Below are positions 10,801 through 18,400 of a stretch of DNA of 64,000 nucleotides, in pieces; the first letter of the stretch is position 1, and every line of letters begins with the position of its first letter. Source of the DNA: a virus; the IMG/VR virus record IMGVR_UViG_3300023175_000009. The stretch is one strand, 5' to 3'. Below the pieces are notes generated by a model. That model searched no databases, had not been told where the DNA came from, and saw nothing but the letters and a program-made list of their open reading frames with translations. The position numbers were made by a program, and so were the translations under genes.

Positions 10801-11406
10801 AATATTATCAGCAAGTAAAATCTCTTCTGTATTAACAGTTGTTGTATTACCAGTTACTGTAAGATCACCATTAATAACAAGACTACCATTCATAGTATCG
10901 TCTTGATCTGATCTTAAGAATTGTAATGAATCTAAACCATCAAGTAAGTCAGCGTCTAATCCTGAGTTAGCACCATCATTACCGGCATTCCAAAATACAT
11001 TGCCGTTATAAGTTGGTTCGCGGAAAAATGTAATACCAGAAGAATCAAATGATATGTCAACACTATTATTATATCCAATTTCGATACCATCAATATCGTT
11101 ATTAAATTTAATAAAATTATCTTCATTACTTAATTTATAATCATTACCACCAGTATAAGTAATTGTTAAACCATCTGCGTGGCTTGAAGATGATGTGAAA
11201 TTAGCAATTGTAGCATTAACTCCACTAGTATTATTAATACTAATGCTTGCTGTATTAGATGTGGAATAGTTAACTTCAAATGTGCCGGTATATTTAGAAT
11301 CACCGACTACTGTAAGTATTTCACTTCCGTAGGAAGATGTACCTATGACGACACTCTCTAAAGACAAGAGTCCGTTCTTTACTCTGAACTTGTTATTGTT
11401 TGCCAT
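1822..11406 (-). CDS. Giant long tail fibre protein (3194 aa) with C-terminal intramolecular-chaperone-like domain
   Basis: About 20 repeats of (R/I)(Y/F)YDSxxxxYYxDPxxxS, a GLDADLLDG fibre motif, G/S/N/T-rich composition, and a C-terminal WADLAERY..YEPGTVL...IALKGRIPV (peptidase G2-like chaperone pattern). Confidence 0.85.
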   Translation of the reverse strand: MANNNKFRVKNGLLSLESVVIGTSSYGSEILTVVGDSKYTGTFEVNYSTSNTASISINNTSGVNATIANFTSSSSHADGLTITYTGGNDYKLSNEDNFIKFNNDIDGIEIGYNNSVDISFDSSGITFFREPTYNGNVFWNAGNDGANSGLDADLLDGLDSLQFLRSDQDDTMNGSLVINGDLTVTGNTTTVNTEEILLADNIITLNSNYTGSTPSENAGIEVERGTLDNASFTWIEASDKWQIGGVSQGLLIGDSSSLTGTITSFANSFPIEAGGASGVGNGTVYLSGKQGSTFADAGIASFWNQSGVSYGEVLYGGSPKLRATSTGAVTSGNHAVQGTLTVGTGTGGAYIYMDGAGNNRTIYSSAGEIGFLDTTFNYAARLDTNDDWIVEENVYGKSFVDVEDNTYLLDPDGNSVLNQIGIDEYIKHNGDSDTGIQFLGDTIDIQTGGSSRLKADNNFVYAFNDIKGTSFISSADTNYLVDPDGNSQLYNLNVYTGTANAQISIGSSATERFQIQSTDGQGYIRYYQDETNATDHSVNFEIVSGGFGLNRFNFNADVNIGNNDFLGGTISVSSSYASIYYDADNLAYFGDFSNTGTAINTAGRITAAAGTLALPTYSFELDNNTGMYRYGADTIGFSAGGNDEFRITSTYALATGAMRSPIYYDSDNTQYFVDAAGNSQMNTVDIDDYIRHRGDLTTYFGFDTNQRFRVFVNNTSKLSIDLDSADFSVNVYAPRYYDSNDNTYYADPAGTSILSRIDIADYIRHIGDEDTYIGFPADDTFRIFTGGVQRFNIDTDSADFAVNVYAPRYYDSDNNSYFLDPGSASTLGSIGIDSDLFHNGDTDTKLSFTDNQIAFDADSATRLTITSSNVAASVPVRAPYYYATTGTTNYLNVGASSTVTALALSGRIALGNLTDVDRWDDTTGNGGITISPYGAHAATSNPLFAISGGNGNYALSHLNRIDIGNNPLSTNNKFTSYYADGTEILSERGDGLNNFYNVIESTGAWSIIDTGATFGLTVDSSMNVIVGDQSITYANSDATPIIGSINPNKLHVNGSVQLTGSDDAVVFGNGTSSFIKHNELTFGEGGGWYMTDSTYLRVSNNKTIYTSGDIQAGRYLDYSDANYYLDPAGTSVLNRIGIDDYIQHNGDTDNYFGFAANDTFRVWTGNTQRLNIDNDSADFAVNVYSDRFGDISNNNFYIDPNTSNAFRLQTPTGFLDIGSMNASFVQFQTDRPEFYFQKFTKFDGGGISAYSGNDYAYFPTYYDFNDNNFYGDFAGTSVMARITMPQNTVGVSHFGNANLPTYYIGQEMGDTDGWKIYGESPAGTGTGALILEAGNDYDANESIRLRLKKSASPYTSKDALIAYYNYVLASDSFRAPIFYDSNNTSFYTDPASTSVMNNVRGSRFEMDTASRYIDSPNGDYGTIKVEGSTNGYAGYAISNDWAFISDGSTNMGLYNDTRNEWVLYAQDNNFTRLYSNGVHQLSAENGYGYAPTSMRSPIFYDSDNSNYYANFAAGNTATALKVNGQIVRDGFATGDVTTNKLLVPQDANHWVWTPANNWGMFWATTTSSLSHFGSANPNEVIFVGAGDPKAAIDLDNGDAWFKREVSAGSFAISGGNENLNLLKQYGTGIADDTLFDGNDYWEKRVIQTLTGIENPPTTTTSEYTKNNNGPFNASYALRTSGYRTFDSDFIAVEPGEEIYGEVSARFISGSGGLLYMGVRRYDKDKKPIATNDGITYFVVGGNNLTDTNWRTFSGHHTLPTSHTPYNGSDGGAVKYVRLILLMNYSAGGAIREFGPPILKRSQLRANIRTTSNVYAPRYYDSDDNTFYLDPASTSKLNTVDASNFRDRDNTARYMDPASGGNVQGTWNWNNGTIDNLNNLTFNDPGPSEGIRWKGGNDWKIYESPDNLSTNSGGNLQFTSGTGNGTMRMRVDSVGDVWAGRYMRAQRFYDSNDGNYYADPAGSSIFANLYLRTGGLKLQRDYNENAIWFNSGTDTNHVLWNNYYGGPTTRGAAGSGGFDGMYWNTYQGLRIRGGSAGAFDIARFNTNGPGNGNAHFVQLYADNVEQLGTRGGYGYAPNSMRSPLFYDQDDTSYYGNFAGTSITNVMQANRFQTPNGWDIYDTNGEELNIRSNNSDHGQIIFRDSDSTDCGRIYFDDDNHFGLKTPSNEWAVYIERDARVYLYYNGTWEERTASGYMEARGSYRAPIFYDSNDTGFYANPNSTSRFRGLTVLEDITAPGITGSSGSLRRRDNRIIAPSEDTAGELKFGFTSWNNDNASPYADYLHLRSYTDASGGSDNLLMFKKSGRQMRLWQQSWGSSTAYSSYSNIAVYNSNPDGSGNDLYASRYYDENNTSYYMDPASTSIVNITRHASGGYTEYQTSGGNIRGYIQATESNDAHLIIATSGGEDISFRDGGLGGQWNMIIRGDGNVLTLGSNYAQQYYDRNDTNYYGDFGGTSIINYIDLRGKLYFKGRHADSAGSSSYISPSHLGGKLRDMLNNTAAEFHSGNDQPITIYFRSGVNAPSDFAYISYDPDYDNSGENGALVLGAENDGTGSSDYIRLQARTVVDADQYSSDNTEIMEWYRGSTRYGRLNTDYLWHSSDIRSPIFYDSNDTNYYVDPNGTSRMNQVRANYFTNDGSVSSDDRFGLYWDSGRSEAYAIFREGGGWSYRYPDLRIAFHTGIKLGANADYNGIRFYNDYNMAGQVMSVNNATDPLGGNNVYVNNSLQAGSSLRAPIFYDSNNTTYYINPADSGRAARLRGYIQIDGDNNDTWLTMQSASNGYARIRMFGYAGDPCIEFSDATNSAGQDQVWALGADDRYVGSFVIRWGNNSPFPQDWTSHGSEYFQLKHNGNLSLSGGEPDSYRLHVGGVAYASSSMRSPIFYDSDNTGYYVNPASGSNFNSYIRATEIYARNWFRNDNSREGIYNQGTGVHAYSYQGQYYAITGNNNSSSMSLQLRAAYNGTMCRWMYGDRTWSGDLNAAGQWQLQTRHQDGYSPTLRFIESSNESWTGNIGNDAGKLEYHSNRFYLESGGNSSLIVQFRRNGSNRSYIDNNGLYVGTATSARWADLAERYRADDIYEPGTVLGINLDGDSEVTLFQPGMPLAGAVSTNPAVQMNDMGIKPDSKSKKAKMNPFIALKGRIPVLINGTAKKGQWIIADKDGRGKAVDYGTKDINTFEIIGVAVGDCDGNGEVEVKV

Positions 11407-11459
11407 TACGGTTCACTCTCCCCAGTTTGGCTATTAAATTAAATTTTTATATATCTTTT

Positions 11460-11467
11460 TATTTATA
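11460..11467 (-). promoter_or_regulatory. T4-type late promoter TATAAATA
   Basis: Exact consensus in the intergenic gap, 53 nt upstream of the 3194-aa gene; a GGGGAGAG RBS-like sequence follows. Confidence 0.8.
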
Positions 11468-11474
11468 AAATTAC

Positions 11475-14015
11475 CTATGATGTAAGCAACGTTGCTTGTA
11501 TTTTTATTTCTGTTGTTGTACCAAAAGCAGGTGTAACTAATAATTGGCAATCACTTCCTGAAATAGTAACATCAAACTCTGCTAAAGAAGTTCCGGTAAA
11601 TATTGTACCATATTCAGTTGCAATAGCTGTTGCTGAATCATGTGTTACTAATAATTTAGTAATATGTTTTTCAGTACCATTTTCTACTTGCACTAAAAAT
11701 TCTCCGCCACCATAGTCTCCATAAAAGAACGAAAATGCTACTACTTGATTAGTACTTGCCGTTGATAAACTATTACTAGTATAAGTTACATTAGAACTTT
11801 GATTAATATCTGCATTAATATTTAAATCACCAGACATTGTATCGCCAGTTACATCTACAAATTTATTATCTGCTTCTGTTTCTGTATAATAACGACTATC
11901 TAATTGACCTGCATCCAGTTCTGCTTCTGTATAATATCTACCATCTAAATCGGTTGAAGAAACAGATTGAGTATGACCAAATGTATCAAAAGTAATTCCT
12001 GTAACAACATTACCACCACTTAATGAAGTATTTGCTACAGATGATGTATCTGCATGCGAAATAGATATAACCGAGTTATTAGCATCGTTTAAATTGAAAG
12101 AACCTCCACCTGATATTCCAGTACCAGGATTTATAGATACTTCACCATTACCAATTAAGCTTGAGGCAGTATTAGCGGCTTCATCGAAAATACCAGATGC
12201 GTCATATCCATCTACTTTATCTGCATCTAAACCAGATCCAGGACCATCTAATGTTAATACTGCTGCAAATATTTCTGCCGCAGTTTGATCTGCTGTTGCT
12301 CCTGCTTCTATACCATCAAGTTTTGCTCCGTCAATTGCAAGATCTCTTCCATCAACTGTTCCACCAACTCCAATATTACCAGAAACATTAAGAGCGCCTC
12401 CAATACCAACACCACCTGTAACAATTAATGCGCCTGTTGTAGTATTTGTAGAAGTTGTGGATGCTTTAATTTCTACTGATTCAGTAAAATCTTGTATAAT
12501 AACATTATCGCCATGCGATCCTAATACGACTGGACCATCAGCACCAAATAATTGTACACCTTCTCCTGTACCAATACCATCACTGCTTGATGCAAATGGA
12601 TATATAGATGTTGAAATAGTACCACCACTAATAATTGCACCACCATTATTAAATAGTTGAATACCATTACCACCAATGGCTGAAGAATAAAAAGCATCTG
12701 GTGCAGGCGCTCCAGGATTGAGATACATATTACCACCAGGTGTTGCTATACCTCTATCGCCTGCTCCACTAAGTACTAATGAATTATATCCGTCACCAAC
12801 TCTAACTTCTTGTGCAGCATTATCTGTTCTTAATATTGCAGTACCTGTACCAACAGTTAAATCGGTGTTAATACTAACATTAGAACCAAATGAAGAAATA
12901 TTTACATCATAAACTGATCCATCGCCAGTTTCTAATTGTAATGTATTATTTGCACTTACCCAACCAATATCATCAACACCAGCGACTGATGTTGTACTTG
13001 CTGCAGTTAATCTACCATCTTCATCTACTGTAATAACTGGAATTGCTGTTGCGGAACCATAAGATCCAGCAGTAACACCAGTGTTAGCAAGCTCAGTTGC
13101 TAATGTCATTACACCAGTATTAGATGAAGCAGTACCTGTAACTTTACCGGTTAATGTAAGATCTAAACCATCTTCTAATAAATCAAGTTTAGCACCGTCT
13201 GCTGCTATATCACGACCATCTACTAAACCATTAACAATAATATCATTATTAACTGTTAAGTCTCCATTAACAGTAACATTATTTGCAGTTAAATCTGTTG
13301 TTGCCGCAGCATTAGTATCTTGACCTAAGATTGTTAGATCACCTCGAATTATAACGTTACCTTCGTAAACCGCTGTATTACCAGTAAATAAACCATCTAC
13401 TGTTGCATCGCCTGTAACACTAATTTCGTCGAATGTATCAATTACAACTGGATATTCTGTACCATCTCCAGTTTGTAATAATAAAGTACTATTGCTTGAT
13501 GTCCAATAAAAGTCTTCAACACCTGCTACAGCAGTGTTTGACATTGATGTAATTCTACCATCAAGACCAACAGTAAGAATAGGAATTTGAGATGCGGATC
13601 CATATGATCCTGCTACTACACCTGAATTTGCAATATCAGTTGTAAGTGTCATTACACCGGTATTTGAGAATGCGTTACCGGTAATGTCTCCTGCTAATGT
13701 GAGATCTAATGTTGCGGGAGGGACATTTGTAAAATTATTATAATCTAAGTAATACGCGCCTGATTCACCATCTAATAAATCTGCATCTAATCCAGAGTTT
13801 GCTCCATCTACTGTTTTAAGTAGATCAAGAATTGCACTTGCATCTAAGTCTGCAGAAACATCTATAATTGATTCTTGATTTGCAACGGGATCATATTTTT
13901 TGAAGTACAGCTTACCATCAGCTGTATTGATAGCGATTTCACCAAGTGCTAATTGTGATGTAGTCGGTACTCTGCCCGCTACAGAACTCCTGCGGAGTTT
14001 AATAGTTGTTGACAT
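11475..14015 (-). CDS. Tail fibre protein (846 aa)
   Basis: N-terminus IKLRRSSVAGRVPTTSQLALGEIAINTADGKLY is typical of fibre/Mtd-like N-termini. Also GLDADLLDG motifs and an internal duplication (SNTGVMTL...AGSYGSA..IP..TV..DGR x2). Confidence 0.75.
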   Translation of the reverse strand: MSTTIKLRRSSVAGRVPTTSQLALGEIAINTADGKLYFKKYDPVANQESIIDVSADLDASAILDLLKTVDGANSGLDADLLDGESGAYYLDYNNFTNVPPATLDLTLAGDITGNAFSNTGVMTLTTDIANSGVVAGSYGSASQIPILTVGLDGRITSMSNTAVAGVEDFYWTSSNSTLLLQTGDGTEYPVVIDTFDEISVTGDATVDGLFTGNTAVYEGNVIIRGDLTILGQDTNAAATTDLTANNVTVNGDLTVNNDIIVNGLVDGRDIAADGAKLDLLEDGLDLTLTGKVTGTASSNTGVMTLATELANTGVTAGSYGSATAIPVITVDEDGRLTAASTTSVAGVDDIGWVSANNTLQLETGDGSVYDVNISSFGSNVSINTDLTVGTGTAILRTDNAAQEVRVGDGYNSLVLSGAGDRGIATPGGNMYLNPGAPAPDAFYSSAIGGNGIQLFNNGGAIISGGTISTSIYPFASSSDGIGTGEGVQLFGADGPVVLGSHGDNVIIQDFTESVEIKASTTSTNTTTGALIVTGGVGIGGALNVSGNIGVGGTVDGRDLAIDGAKLDGIEAGATADQTAAEIFAAVLTLDGPGSGLDADKVDGYDASGIFDEAANTASSLIGNGEVSINPGTGISGGGSFNLNDANNSVISISHADTSSVANTSLSGGNVVTGITFDTFGHTQSVSSTDLDGRYYTEAELDAGQLDSRYYTETEADNKFVDVTGDTMSGDLNINADINQSSNVTYTSNSLSTASTNQVVAFSFFYGDYGGGEFLVQVENGTEKHITKLLVTHDSATAIATEYGTIFTGTSLAEFDVTISGSDCQLLVTPAFGTTTEIKIQATLLTS

Positions 14016-14069
14016 ATCTATGTCCCTTAAATTTTAATTAACCTATATAGGCTTTATATTACTTATAAT

Positions 14070-17000
14070 TTAGAAGGTTCCACCATCTAATTCATTGACT
14101 GCAATATTTACTTTACCAGCAGAAATAGTTGTATCTACACCTTCTCCTGCTTCAAATGTTAAAGTACTTCCCAGTGCAATCACCTGGTTATTTCCGCTTT
14201 CTCCTGCTATAGTAATATTAGGATTAGCTAGTTTTGCGTTTTCTATATCACCATCTGTTATAGAAAATTCTGTTCCTGTAAGTGTTAATGCTTCTCCTGC
14301 AGTATATGTACCTGCTCCAGAGAATTGATACCAAACAATACTATCAGTACCTAATGTAAATGTTTCAGCATCTGAAACTGTTATTACCCAACCAGTACTT
14401 CCGTTTTCTGTACCGTCTGTAATAAATTGGAATGATCCTGGTATCTCACTTGTTTCATTAAAGTATTCACTTCTAGTAAGTACCCAAGGTGTATTTGTAT
14501 CACCAACAGTTGTAACTTCATACGTTCCGTTTTCAAATAATGCAGTTTGATCTTTAACAAGAATTAAATCACCGACAGAAATATTTGTTACGTCGTCAAC
14601 TTCGAATGCACCATTTGCAGATGCTGTAATTGTTCCAGTTCCTGTATTATAACTACCACCTAAATCTTCTGTTGTACCAGCAATAGCTTGAGGAATAACT
14701 CTTAGTCCTTGTGCAACTCCATCTACATAAGCTTTTGTTGCAGCATCATTTGTTGCTGTTGGTGTAGCAAGATTAATAATTTTTGAATTATCAACATCAA
14801 CAATATTAGTCGATGGCGCTAAAGTTATATTTCCGCTAGTTCCTTCAAGAGTTAAAGAGGCACCTCTAATTTTATTATTTCCAATACCTCCACCAATTTG
14901 TAAACCACCTGCTTCAAATCTATTTTCTACCTCTATATTCCATATTGTTGATGTTCCAGAAGGATTAACTATCTTAGTGTTATCACTTATATCTATTAAT
15001 GATGCAGCAGTTATGTTATTTGAAATCCATAAATTTCTAGTAGATCTTTCAAAATACATACCAAAATTATATGTATTATCAAGGAAACCAATTTTACCAG
15101 AACCTGAATATAATGTTGTATATGATCCTGGACCATCAAGCATTCTAATTTGAGCAGATGTTCCTGTACCAAAATCAACTCTATTAAGTTTAGAAGTTCC
15201 CGCTGGATCTAAATAGAAAAGATTATTATCTGCGTCTACAAATTTTGGTGCATAGATGTCACCATTTGATGTACCACCAGAAGTTGTAATATATCTTGTA
15301 TTTAATTCTGCGTAATCAACTTCAATCTCAGAATTTGAATCAGGACCTGCAGTATGTGTAATAATAATACCGCTATTTGCATCTGTTACTACATTAGAAA
15401 TATAATCAGCAGTAATTGTAGCATTAATAGTTGTATTAGAAAGATTTATCATTTGGCTACTGCCAGATAAATCTCCTCCCAAAGAAATGTATGGATCTTC
15501 AACTTCTATATATAGTTGGTTATTTAAATCATCATTGACTAAATATGCACCTTCATTCATATTATTAGCCATACCATCAGAAATCATTAAACCAATAATA
15601 TCTCGAGTTGTTTCTGTAAAGTTTGGAATAGCATTTGCTTGAAGCTCAACTGGAATATCAGTAGCAAAGTCAATACGACCATCTTCTGTAATACGAATAC
15701 GAGGTACGAAGTTATCATTTCCGTAAATACCGGCTTGTACACCAGAGTTTTCAATGCCAATTGTGAATGAATTATTTGCTTGAGATATTTCTTCAATCTC
15801 AAGACCAGTGCCCATTTGTAATGTTGGGCTATTTAATAAATTGACTTCTGTAGAATAGGTATTTGCTCCATCTACAATTGTTAAATCAGAAGAAAATTCT
15901 CCTTCTAAGTATCCAAGATTAACCGCATCTCCAGGATTAACTGGACTTGCAAGATCTGTAAGAGTGTTATTAGCAACACTAATAACGCCAGCTGGATCTA
16001 AAACTAAATTATTATTTGCAGTAATCTTTGAATTAACTTCTAGATTACCAGTTGTATAATCAACAATTAGTTTACCTGTTGATCCGAATACTGTATCACC
16101 ATCAGAATTAATTTGCCAGCGCTTTGTGCCAGCAGTATAGAACATTAATTGATCGTTATCTGCATTAGGACTTGTCTCAGCAATAATTTTTGTATCTTGG
16201 TCAATATCAATTACTGATCCAGAAATGCCTGCCCATTGAGTACCATCGTATCCTTCAAATCTTCCATCATCTGTATTGAAACGGAACATACCCGCTGAAG
16301 GAGTAGGTCTTAAACTTGTATTAGCTGTTGGAACTTTAATAGCACCAGTATCACTAAAGTTAACTACTCTTGAATCATTTCCAATTTGTCCAATGAACAT
16401 TTTGTTCCATTGAGAACCAGCTTTACCAAGATTATAAGTTAAATCTGTTTTAGGAATTAAATTAGATGTAAAGTCTGCAACTACTTGTACTTCATCAACT
16501 TCTTGATTACCAATAGTAAGTCTACCACCGATAGTAACATCACCATCGACATCTACATTACCATAGAAATGAGCTGTGTTTGCTGCATTTAATGTTGCTG
16601 CAAGAGTACCTTTTGTATAAAAATATAAGGTATCTTCATCTTGTGATGGACCAGATTCAGCTTTAATGTAAGTATCTTGATCAACATCAATTACACCGCC
16701 AAGACCAGACCAAGCAATTCCATCATAACCTTCAAATTGATTTGCTTCTGTATTAAAGCGAATCATACCAGTAGAAGATGTAGGTCTATCTCCATCCGTA
16801 CCAACTGGTAAAATTATAGCACCATTACCACTAATTTGTTCAATATCTTGTATTTTATCTACAACAAATTGAGTACCATTAAGTGTTAAACCTCTTCCTG
16901 CTGTAAATGTTCCTTCACCTTGGAATTGTTCCCAAGTAATATTATCATAATTTAGTCTAAATGTGCTAGCATCAGCAACTGTAATAACCCAACCAGTGTG

Positions 17001-17972
17001 AGCGTTTTCTGTACCATCAGTTACAAATTCATATGATCCAGGAATTTCTTCGTTTTGATCTTGGAATTGAGCTCTTTGCCAAACCCAAGGAAGTCCAGTA
17101 GAACCTTTTTGTATTAGATCATATGAACCATTTTGTCTTGGATCTGTTTGATCTTTAACAACAATATTATCACCTTCTTCCCATATTCCAACGTCATCAA
17201 TATATAAAACTGCTCTTGGAGTAAATGTTAATGTTGAAGCAAATGTTGTATTACCTGAATAATAAGTAGCATCTAAATTTTCTGTTGTTGCTGCTTTTGC
17301 CGATCCTCTAACTACAAATCCTTGTACAAAATTATCTACATATCTTTTATTTGCAGCATCAGTAGGAAGAATAGGATCTTCTACTACTTTGAATTTTTCT
17401 TCTACACCTGCAATTGCAGTATCTAAAAATCTTTTATTAACACTATCTTGATCATTAACAGCGTCTGCGATATTTGTTATTCTAGTAGCATTAAAATCTA
17501 TTGTATTATTAGCACCTGATATAACACCAGAAATTTGAGGAACACCAGTTAAACTGATTCCATCTAAAGTATTTGTTGATTCACCAAGTGTAAGAGAAGT
17601 TGTTCCAAATGTAATATCATTTGGTGTAATAACTGTTGAATTTGCGGTAAAACTAGAAGTGGCTAATTGAGTATTATGTAATGCAGTAATATGACCAAAA
17701 TTATCAATATCAACATTACTTACAAATTCTAAACCACCATTATTACTACTAACTTCTGTAGATGTATTAGCATGAGAAATAACAATGTTTGCTGATTCAA
17801 TATCACTTTCTGGGAATACAACAATACCTTGCCCACCATCAATACGAGCAATGTATTGACCGACAGTATCTATACCTAAGGTAATTGAATCTGGTACAAT
17901 TACAGGACGCTTTTCGCCAGATGCTACTACTCTTAGCTTATGCGGTTGACCAACTTTTACTTTAACACTCAA
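14070..17972 (-). CDS. Tail fibre/virion structural protein with YadA-stalk-like motifs (1300 aa)
   Basis: NLATPTATNDAATKAYVD-type motifs occur several times, the VKDQT...NG.Y...IPGS..F.TDGTEN domain is duplicated, and GMxRFNT...FEGYDG..W and IDxDQDT repeats are present. TTG start. Confidence 0.75.
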   Translation of the reverse strand: MSVKVKVGQPHKLRVVASGEKRPVIVPDSITLGIDTVGQYIARIDGGQGIVVFPESDIESANIVISHANTSTEVSSNNGGLEFVSNVDIDNFGHITALHNTQLATSSFTANSTVITPNDITFGTTSLTLGESTNTLDGISLTGVPQISGVISGANNTIDFNATRITNIADAVNDQDSVNKRFLDTAIAGVEEKFKVVEDPILPTDAANKRYVDNFVQGFVVRGSAKAATTENLDATYYSGNTTFASTLTFTPRAVLYIDDVGIWEEGDNIVVKDQTDPRQNGSYDLIQKGSTGLPWVWQRAQFQDQNEEIPGSYEFVTDGTENAHTGWVITVADASTFRLNYDNITWEQFQGEGTFTAGRGLTLNGTQFVVDKIQDIEQISGNGAIILPVGTDGDRPTSSTGMIRFNTEANQFEGYDGIAWSGLGGVIDVDQDTYIKAESGPSQDEDTLYFYTKGTLAATLNAANTAHFYGNVDVDGDVTIGGRLTIGNQEVDEVQVVADFTSNLIPKTDLTYNLGKAGSQWNKMFIGQIGNDSRVVNFSDTGAIKVPTANTSLRPTPSAGMFRFNTDDGRFEGYDGTQWAGISGSVIDIDQDTKIIAETSPNADNDQLMFYTAGTKRWQINSDGDTVFGSTGKLIVDYTTGNLEVNSKITANNNLVLDPAGVISVANNTLTDLASPVNPGDAVNLGYLEGEFSSDLTIVDGANTYSTEVNLLNSPTLQMGTGLEIEEISQANNSFTIGIENSGVQAGIYGNDNFVPRIRITEDGRIDFATDIPVELQANAIPNFTETTRDIIGLMISDGMANNMNEGAYLVNDDLNNQLYIEVEDPYISLGGDLSGSSQMINLSNTTINATITADYISNVVTDANSGIIITHTAGPDSNSEIEVDYAELNTRYITTSGGTSNGDIYAPKFVDADNNLFYLDPAGTSKLNRVDFGTGTSAQIRMLDGPGSYTTLYSGSGKIGFLDNTYNFGMYFERSTRNLWISNNITAASLIDISDNTKIVNPSGTSTIWNIEVENRFEAGGLQIGGGIGNNKIRGASLTLEGTSGNITLAPSTNIVDVDNSKIINLATPTATNDAATKAYVDGVAQGLRVIPQAIAGTTEDLGGSYNTGTGTITASANGAFEVDDVTNISVGDLILVKDQTALFENGTYEVTTVGDTNTPWVLTRSEYFNETSEIPGSFQFITDGTENGSTGWVITVSDAETFTLGTDSIVWYQFSGAGTYTAGEALTLTGTEFSITDGDIENAKLANPNITIAGESGNNQVIALGSTLTFEAGEGVDTTISAGKVNIAVNELDGGTF

Positions 17973-17975
17973 AGT

Positions 17976-18302
17976 TTAAATCTCCGTTACTGTAGGTACT
18001 ACGAATGCTAGACCTTCAACAATCTTTGATAATTCTCCAGTTGGTTTTTTCATAAGCACATCATACTTATATTTTCCTTCTTTTAAAATACTTGTAGTAT
18101 CAGAACCTAAAACAAGTGTGATGTCATTGTTTGCTTTTTGTATCTCAAATTCAGCTGCTCTTTTTTCTGAGTACAGCTTTTTCATATCAGCATAAAATGT
18201 ATAATAATCAATAGGTAGATCTAGATCTTCCTCGTCAAACAATTCTATTGTTAACCTGAAATCCGCATTCTTATCTATGTAAATATTTACTTGAGAACTC
18301 AT
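17976..18302 (-). CDS. Small conserved virion-associated protein (108 aa)
   Basis: VNIYIDKNADF...GKYKYDVL...KIVEG...PTVT pattern typical of small genes in T4-like tail regions; late promoter upstream. Confidence 0.65.
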   Translation of the reverse strand: MSSQVNIYIDKNADFRLTIELFDEEDLDLPIDYYTFYADMKKLYSEKRAAEFEIQKANNDITLVLGSDTTSILKEGKYKYDVLMKKPTGELSKIVEGLAFVVPTVTEI

Positions 18303-18323
18303 GTAATAATCTCTTTTTCTTTA

Positions 18324-18331
18324 TATTTATA
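18324..18331 (-). promoter_or_regulatory. T4-type late promoter TATAAATA
   Basis: Exact consensus 21 nt upstream of the ATG at 18302. Confidence 0.8.
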
Positions 18332-18335
18332 ATTT

Positions 18336-18368
18336 AAAGGGGGCAACTTTAGGCCCCCTCTCTTTTTT
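18336..18368. terminator. GC-rich hairpin, probable intrinsic terminator
   Basis: Stem agggggc (18338-18344) pairs with gccccct (18353-18359) around an 8-nt loop, with A/T tracts on both sides; lies downstream of the collagen gene. Confidence 0.6.
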
Positions 18369-18400
18369 ATCCTAACAATTTGTTTTTAAAAGAATGAGGA

